Shown here in pieces: positions 54,551 to 64,000 of a DNA stretch of 64,000 nt. The position numbers were made by a program, and so were the translations under genes. Under the pieces are notes generated by a model. That model worked only from the letters and a program-made list of their open reading frames with translations. It ran no database searches and was not told the DNA's origin. The stretch is from Spongospora subterranea f. sp. subterranea (Eukaryota): assembly GCA_049724395.1 (NCBI GenBank), contig JAUGWO010000071.1, forward strand, positions 1-64,000. Reading direction: 5' to 3'. Each line of letters begins with the position of its first letter. Position 1 is the stretch's first letter.

Positions 54551-55203
54551 GACGACGGTAGCTGATCGATGAACGCTGTGCGATCAGATCTAGAGGGGAT
54601 ACTGCGGAGTCCGTCACGGCTATTCCTTAACTCCGTACACTGAGTATTATATGAAGTGGACATTAATGTCCTGGTATTTTGTACACGCTGACGAGTTAGG
54701 GAAAACCGTAATCTATGGCTGTATTGAAGAATGGAATGGGTTAGATGAAAATAATTCTAATTCTGCGGATTCCCATTGCAATATCACATTGATAGAACAG
54801 AATTTGAGATATTGAACTTGTGAAACTGATTCGAAAACGGCGTATTGACATTGAATATTCTATAGTTATAGCGCTGGCGCTTCAAACCAGCCACCATCGA
54901 TAATTTTCAATGACGACGAAGACACTACTGGCTTATTACAACAACAAAAATAAACAGGTAAACCGTGAACTTGTCCTCAGACAAGACTCACCGATAGCGG
55001 AACATTTTCAACAACGGAAACCGCGATTACCATCAGGATTAGTCTGAAACCCAAAGGAACAATCGCAATTCTATATTGAAACAGCCCAAATCTCAGTCGA
55101 GATGAACACTCAGGACATCGGTCGTTGATGGCTCACTCGAATACCTTGCGGGAAGTTGTGGTTATTTAAAAATGGGGCATGCCTCTTGCAACTTGGGCAA
55201 TTC

Positions 55204-55843
55204 TCATTCATCGTCGCGAGGCTTTTTCCTAAGAATTTTTTTGACAGAAGCCATATGCTTATCTTTTAACCGGACTTCTTTCGCGGCGACAGGTTTTTCT
55301 GTTAGAATTCGTTCTTTGACAACTTGATGAGCCTCATCAACATAGGACCTATACAGGTCATTTTTCCTAACTAATGTATCAGACTTTCGAAACGTACTGC
55401 AATTTTTCCAACGCATTTTGCATATTTCGATGCTGGGATCTGGATATCATCGAGGTGACTACCAGTTCGTTTGCCTTGTTGATACGTTTGGCTTGTAAGA
55501 AGATGAGTCGTTGCCTAGCGTACTCTCCAAGCCACGTGGCTCTTTCAACATTGAATCTGAGTTCCACCTTTGATGGAAGAGATGAGAAACTGTATTTTCG
55601 GTAATCATAACAATTACCTTGGTATTCACTTTATTTACCTATACGGACTCACATTATTGAGACCGAACCGTGCATTAGAGAGAATTTTACATTTTGACCC
55701 CCCGGCCCAGACGATCGAGAATACGCGATGTCAATCTGGTCTGTCGGCACGATAACACGGTTCGGCAGTTCGGAAAACAAGCGCACATGACCGTTCTTAG
55801 ATACCAACGGAAGCCTGGTAACGAAAAACGCCCGGAACTGCAT
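55204..55843 (-). CDS. ICT1: ICT1/ArfB-type peptidyl-tRNA hydrolase (mitochondrial mL62)
   Basis: YSRSSGPGGQN(VNKV) GGQ motif, VELRF, RINK..ELV..S...RSQ..N...A..KL, basic C-terminal tail; N-terminus resembles a transit peptide. Confidence 0.9.
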
Positions 55844-58226
55844 TGCCGCGCAATGAACACTTGGACGAACCCCGAAATCGTCGACCGACCCAGGCAGACA
55901 ATGCACTACGATGATTTCCAAGAGTGACCCTGAACTTCGTTTGATCTGTTGTCTGATGTGTTGTTTACAGGGACCCGTTGGGACTTACCGTCACACACCC
56001 GGTCACCAATGTTGCGATATACCCTCTTTGGGACCATCTCCGAATAATTCTGTTCAACACACGATCGTAGGTCCAGCGATAACATGGGGGTAACGGTGAC
56101 AACTGGACCAGTTTTATTATATTGCGGATCCCCTTTGGTGTCTTTCTGACCTTGACATTGACTTTCCCGAAAATAACGCCATGGTGTTGTGGTCGAATAG
56201 ACCACCAGAGGGGTCTCATGTTCGAATATAGCACCAGGGTATTACATTCAGGATGGCAGGCGACTGCGCCTCGACTTTTTAATCAAACATGCGTGCTTAA
56301 TTTTGGGGTTAATTACAACATCGTTGTTCGACCTCTCACCCACATTTGAAGGCCTTGGTTGAACCATGTTTCGTACGACTGTTAAAACGAATTATTTTCA
56401 TCACTGATTGCGGCTCAGTCCGATCAAAAAGAAACGTCTATAATCCACCGGAATGGTTCTCTTTCGGACAGTCCCTATATGTGTTTGAATTGAAAGAACA
56501 ACGCGCCGAGGCAGGATGGAAATGGTACAAACCGAGTTGGTCAATTTCATGAAGACAATGGATGAGCTGAGTGATATTACGAATCAGGAGTATTTCGTGA
56601 AATTGCAAGAAAATACTGTTCGTGTTGGGGAACTACAAATTTACGCCGCCTCAACTTACTCGGTTGCGGAATCAGTTCAAGAGCTTGACCATTTTTATGG
56701 TGTTTGCATGATCTAGAATTAGAGCTGCGGTCTTGAATGAGTTCATGTCAACTCCAAAATTGATAAGCTGTGTTCTATTCGCAATATAACACCATGATGC
56801 TATATTGAAAGTGGTGTTATATTTGGATAAAACATCCATGTTTGCTAGACACCATGGCGTTATGTTCGGGTGAAGACGGTAGCACTCGCGGCAACTCAAT
56901 AAACTGGTTCAGTTGAAGAAATTTTTTGACTGGCCCCATTTGGAAACCTACTTCTCCATCGTTGACGATGTGGTCGTGGGTAACACATCTGCAAGGTGCG
57001 ACAGTTACCGTATTTGGTGACCTGGTCGATTGGTGTGTAGTAAAACCGGTAAATTCGGCATAGAAGGGTGTGGTTGACACGGTTCAGGACACTTTAGTTC
57101 CCAACCTTCCAGCATATGCAAGAGCTCATCTGATGAACTTTCTTTCACATTTTTTCAATTGAATGAAGTCTCATCAACCCTGGCTTTGTCCTAGACTGTG
57201 TGAAAAACACCCATCATGGTATTTAACTCATCTTGGGCAAATCCCCCCAACGTGAAATTTTGAAAAAAAATCCGACTCCTTTGGTTACACTTGGTCACAT
57301 GTACACCAGTACATGCGCGGCCTCAAAATAAATGGCGCTCTGTCTCTGTCTGAGCACCGAGTTTACTTTATCTTTATCATGACGATTGACGAATCAAGTG
57401 GTACATACAGTCGCCGTCAAACCAGAAAATGCACTCTTCTACCGACCTCCTCATGCACTAGGTCATTCAATATGAAGAGGTATTTCCCATGGAATATGAA
57501 AGCAAATATGGTCAAGGAAGTAAATGCCAGGAAAGTTAAGACGACCGCTAAGAAAGAAGTACAGTACCACAAGTCAACAGCTCAAATAAGGAGACCCAAA
57601 AGCAGAAAGCTGCGATGGGCGAAAACATTTCAAGCTGGACATTAAAACATTATCCAGCAGATGCCTACGCCCACGAAAAATGCCCGTAATCTCATTCAGC
57701 TACGAGCAGGATCGTACGATTGCTGCGGGGATGGTTTGCCGGGGATCAGTAAGACTTGTTCCGGAAGAAGTTGATACCGATATTGGTGTTCTGAGACAAA
57801 GAATGTCCAGGTTCTTGCACAAAGGAAAATTGGGTTCAACAACGGGCACCCCGTATTGCCCAAACGACAAGGAACAAGTCGATCAGTTTTGTTAAATACG
57901 GCATCAAAGAGATGCAACTGCGGCGACCGAATTGCACGACAGGACCATCGGCCTTCCATTGACCGGATCTTCACGTCGGGTGACTGTTTAGTTTTGCGTC
58001 ACTACATCAGGTATCCGGCTAAACCCGTTTTTCTTTATTCAAGGGTAACCTGGAGTACGAATCGTTGAACACTTTACCCGGATGAATCACCCTGCAGGCA
58101 TGTTTACACAGTTCATGACAAACCCTGGATCGATGTGACCATATTCGATCTATCGATTGAAAGAACATTGAATTCTTACTGTGAGACCAAGCCGACGACG
58201 TATCGGGTCATGGACAGATGCAAGGC

Positions 58227-59456
58227 TCATTTGATGAGCTCGGCCGTCATCAAGTTACAAAACTGTGGCACGGAAGTTGAGTTTACCTTGGCCGGATATA
58301 AGGCCAAGCTTTACGTCTTGGATGTCGGACCACCGCTCCCAATTTGGGCTTGTGAGAGATTGTCATTTTTCACACTTCAGCAGATACTCTAAATCGGTGG
58401 ACGTGGTATATCGACGGCGCCGCCTTCGGACTTCATTGGTCATTTCGGGGCACCTCCAAATCAATAAGCCCTCAAGGATCATCTCAGGAAGAGTGCGAAG
58501 CGTTCTATGGTGGAAAACGTCGACAACTCGGTCCCATCCTTCAACTTGTTGTCGCACAATGGACAGCAAGGAGAAACTTAACCGAGGGCACGATTACCAA
58601 CACGTGGCAACGAATTTTTCATGACCTCCCTTTTTGAATTGCAAAATTTATTCGTCCACTGTAATATTGTCCAACAGACGAAATGAAGCCATTCCCATGT
58701 TCCGAAAACTTTTGTTTCGTTTGACGACGCTTTCATTCTTCGTGCCCTCTGTTATGCTTTCTCACGTTCTTGCTACTCTTTGTGCGACAGCAAGTCGAGA
58801 TGGAACCTTGTTGTTGACATTTTCCACCATGAACGCTTCGTCCTCTTTCTGAGGTGCTCCTTGGAGGTCTTATTGACTCCGACATCCAAGACCTGAAGCT
58901 TGGCAATATATCCGGCCAGGATTCCAGTCAACGTCCGTGCCACAATTTTGTAACTTGATGACGACGGGGTTTAGCAAATGAATCTTCTGTTTTGTCCTCA
59001 CAGTAAGGCTTCCATTGTTAGGAACGGGGGCAGAGGCTAAGACGCAGACGGAGGCTGTCAGGGAACGGAGGCCGAGGCTAGAGAGCAGTTATGAGGCAAC
59101 AGAGATGTTTTTAGAAAAACTAGTAATTCGATTTGAGGCTAGGGCTCAGGTCCCTGGCCCCACCCGGAAACTACTTTTCATTTTGCCACGCCGCTTGTGT
59201 TCTCTGTTGATTCAGGAAAGGAAACGAATTTCACGTGTGTTCCCATCAATCCAGACTTTGTCCTGAGCTGTGTAAACACCTCTTCAGGGTGATTAATCTT
59301 ACACTCCCTTCAGGGGTACAAAATCTTTTATAGATATCCTTAAGTCCAATCATGGAAAATCCGATTCCTTTCCACTTTTTCGTAATCGTGCACTCGGTTA
59401 TGTTTTCCCACGCCTTTGCTCCTTATTGTGCAACAGTAAGTCGAGATGGGACCTTG
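58227..59456. repeat. Cluster of old shuffled duplications in mixed orientation
   Basis: 58227-58329 is inverted versus 58878-58981. ~58529-58597 is inverted versus ~58735-58810 and ~59385-59456, and the latter two are direct copies. Confidence 0.75.
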
Positions 59457-60011
59457 TGTCAATCTCTCCACCATAACCGCACCGTCCCTTTTACCTCAGT
59501 AACTTGGGTTTCGGAGCACTTCAAAGATAAGCCAGCTTAAAAGCGTTGGCATGGCTGTATTATTATTACTACAAAAGCCAACGATGTGTTGAAGACGGTT
59601 GACACTGAAGGTCTGGGGATCTCTCTATAGTGCCATTGATCCCTAGAAATGGTCTGGCATATTTTCCCTGCTTGAACATTTCCTAAGAGGCATATCGCCA
59701 GACGCTTGCATTACAGTTAATAAGAAGGAATATCAGGAGAGTATGCCCCAATTAGTCCATTAAGTGTCGAAACTTTCGACACTTAAGACAGAGTATTTCA
59801 GGCAAAGTTGTTCCCAGGGTTATTATCTGGATCTACAATATGCTGGTGAATGATGCAGTGTCATTTTGACAAGCACTCCCGATAGTGCCAGCCATGGCCA
59901 TGATGCTCTCAAACCGGTGCAGTAAAGATAGAACAAATCATCAGCATTGAAAATTTCGGCATTCTTCAGTGTATAAAATTAACCAAATAGATCACATTTC
60001 GGTGTAAATTT

Positions 60012-61633
<1,622 letters not shown>

Positions 61634-61852
61634 TCCTGTAGCAATCATTATTATAATGATCGCTGATCAATTTAGCGTCACGGACAACAGGTTGACTCAC
61701 TCACTCAAATCCCGAATCTAATGACACAACCAATATATGGCCGATCTCGCGTGTATTGTGTGTCGTAGAAGCGAAACTACAGGTGGTACTGTTGTTCGAA
61801 ACTCGATCGACACACAGGGAACAAGGTGGTTGGGCAAATATTTTGCGCGGTA

Positions 61853-62938
61853 GTCGTTGGGTACTTCGAAGAGAAAACGAGGTGCTTCTGCCAGTAATGG
61901 TGACGTCTATGAGCGCTACACAAGACGTGACGACTTTTTCAAGACATACAGTAACTCAGTAATAACTGGAGTAGTATACACTGAGGTACATATACTACAG
62001 ACTCAAATCGGAAATGTCTTTTTCCACATGTTTAGTATAAATACTGTTGTGTATTGGCAAATACTGACTTGCGAAAAACAGTAAAAAAAAATAAAGTTAG
62101 TGGGGATTGGTTGGGGTTTCCGTACATACACTTGAATGTATATCCATACGGTATCCCAGTTGAATTCACATTACGGGTTTCCGCAATTCGCAGTTGTTCT
62201 TTGGAACAGCAGTGCACTACTTCTTGGGTTATTTTTAGAATGTCATTGTTTGATCAATCGCGTTCGTCGTTGGGTACTTCGAAGAGAAAGGGAGGTCTTC
62301 TTCCAGTAATGCTGACCTCTATGAGCACCACACAAAGGCGTGACGACCTTTCCAAGACATACTGTAACTTTATGGTGGAATGTCGTCATTGTCGTCTGGC
62401 CTTTGAAGAGTGTACGCTGGGGAACCACCCAAACAAAACATTACCAGGAGTACAGGCCTGACCGCATTCGAATTACTACTACTGAGGAATCTCAGACAGA
62501 CCGAGGCAAAAGGCACTATTACTAGATCTTTCAAGCTTTTTCCGTACTGACGACTTTTGTACAGGAAATTAAGTCTTCCATTGAAGGCAGTAGCGCGATA
62601 GCAATGTGCTAATCCCTTTCTGGTGTAGCCAATCCAAAGTCTCTGGAATCGACACGCTCTGGTGGAACTTCGGACATTGTATAGGTTGTGTCGCGTCTGG
62701 ATTGCTATAGGAGTTTTTATATGGGGATGAGGGGATGGCAGTCAATGGGAGACTTCATTTCCTGTACAAAGGTTGCGGGTAGTTCCCAGCTTACACTCTT
62801 CGAAGGCCAGACGACATTCCACCATGAAGTTACAGTATTTATTCGGAAGGTCGTCACGTCTTGTGTAGTGCTAATAGACGGCAGCATTACTGGAAGAAGT
62901 ACCTCGCTTTCTCTTCGAAGTACCCAACGACGAAGCGT
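61853..62938. repeat. Three diverged copies of a ~100-170-bp segment (two +, one -)
   Basis: GTCGTTGGGTACTTCGAAGAGAAA...CAGTAATG...CGTGACGAC at ~61853 and ~62266, and reverse complement at ~62773-62938. Confidence 0.85.
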
Positions 62939-64000
62939 TGGACGTCCTCAGTGGGTGGTTGGCATTGTTCGACCGCGGGTCGTACAGGATATGTTTTCCC
63001 CAGATATGGTGCTGATTGACGATATGTCGCAATGCCAACATTAACTGTCTGATATCGAGCGAATCGTACTGAAATGGTAAAACGATCGATTTTCATGTAT
63101 TCGCCATCAAATATGGGCAAATCAGCTATTACTCGTGTTCATCATGGCCGATGCGACTGCCATTTTGTCGCCCATCTTCCGTATCTGCCAGATCGATAAC
63201 AAATGGTAGACAGTACCATATCAATGAGCTCTTCGCACTCTAACAAGCAGTTTGACCTTGATACGAGCTTCACTAAATTGCCCTCTCGGTAAATATCGAT
63301 TCTGACCCAACTAGCAACAACACTATGTGCAATTTGCGCTAGAAAAAAACAGATACCTATTCCTGGGCAATTGAAATGTACCGAATCTCAAATGGACACG
63401 CGCCTCTTGGTATATCGGTAATGCATCAAACTACTGAAATGGTGACACTGGCGCCACTAATGTACCAGAACCTTGATCTTGATCACGAAACGGCGAGAAC
63501 GTTACGAACATCAGATGTCAACAGGGAACGGTATTGCAATTTCGCGTCTGCCTATATTAAATGGCGCGATTCGTTTTGGGGCCGAATGTGCACTGTCAAT
63601 ACGATTCACAACGATGATTATCAGCGCTATAAGAATCAACGCAGAAAGCATGATTAAGCACAAGGACGACGGCGATAAGAAAACACAGAAAAGCAGTTCT
63701 ATTAGACGATTCAAGCTCGGCACAACCTCATACGATGTGGGAAAATAGAGTTAATACATGGTCTATATCTGATTAGATTTGTTTTGACGTTGATTGTCTG
63801 CTTCATCATGAGCTTAACGTCGTGGTCGAGCCCTGCTGATCGAATGAGGCCAGGTCATCCGACCAGCCACATAACTGAGCGAGCAGCGTCAGGCCGTCAT
63901 CACAATCCCCTTGCCAAAACACGTCGTTCGAGTGGCCGTGAGCGAAACGGAACCCGCGATCGGTGACGGAATCGTGAACCCCAACGAGATCTCGATTGAT

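Noticed and set aside
54017..54565. Antisense ORFs over RPL3 (similarly over TAM41, METAP2 and the hAT)
   Set aside because: Shadow frames of real genes.
55900..58100. Short ORFs suggesting decayed TE genes
   Set aside because: No diagnostic motif.
63376..63748. ORFs near the window end
   Set aside because: Short, with no homology recognisable from sequence alone.

Overview
Eukaryotic (protist-like) genomic DNA with short GT-AG introns. The gene-dense right part (46-62 kb) carries housekeeping genes: importin-9, TBP, malic enzyme, RPL3, ICT1-type peptidyl-tRNA hydrolase and MetAP2. TAM41 and a multi-TM RGS gene lie at 13.5-19.9 kb. The rest is a dense transposon landscape: PIF/Harbinger, hAT, Tc1/mariner-type, MULE-, Crypton-, LINE- and IS3EU-like pieces. 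Main unusual structures: (1) a 12.6-kb element (32441-45083) with ~300-bp AT-rich TIRs, ACGACG termini and a perfect 6-bp TSD, i.e. Polinton/virophage-like ends, with an interior of AT-rich virus-like remnants plus nested transposons; (2) an 8-kb palindromic 77-bp satellite inside Stowaway-type TIRs; (3) an IS3EU-like transposase tail-to-tail with an alpha-kinase; (4) more than ten local fold-back duplications of different ages, nearly all in TE-derived or intergenic DNA. Family calls are from motif recognition by eye, not database searches. Several single-base homopolymer frameshifts suggest an imperfectly polished assembly.
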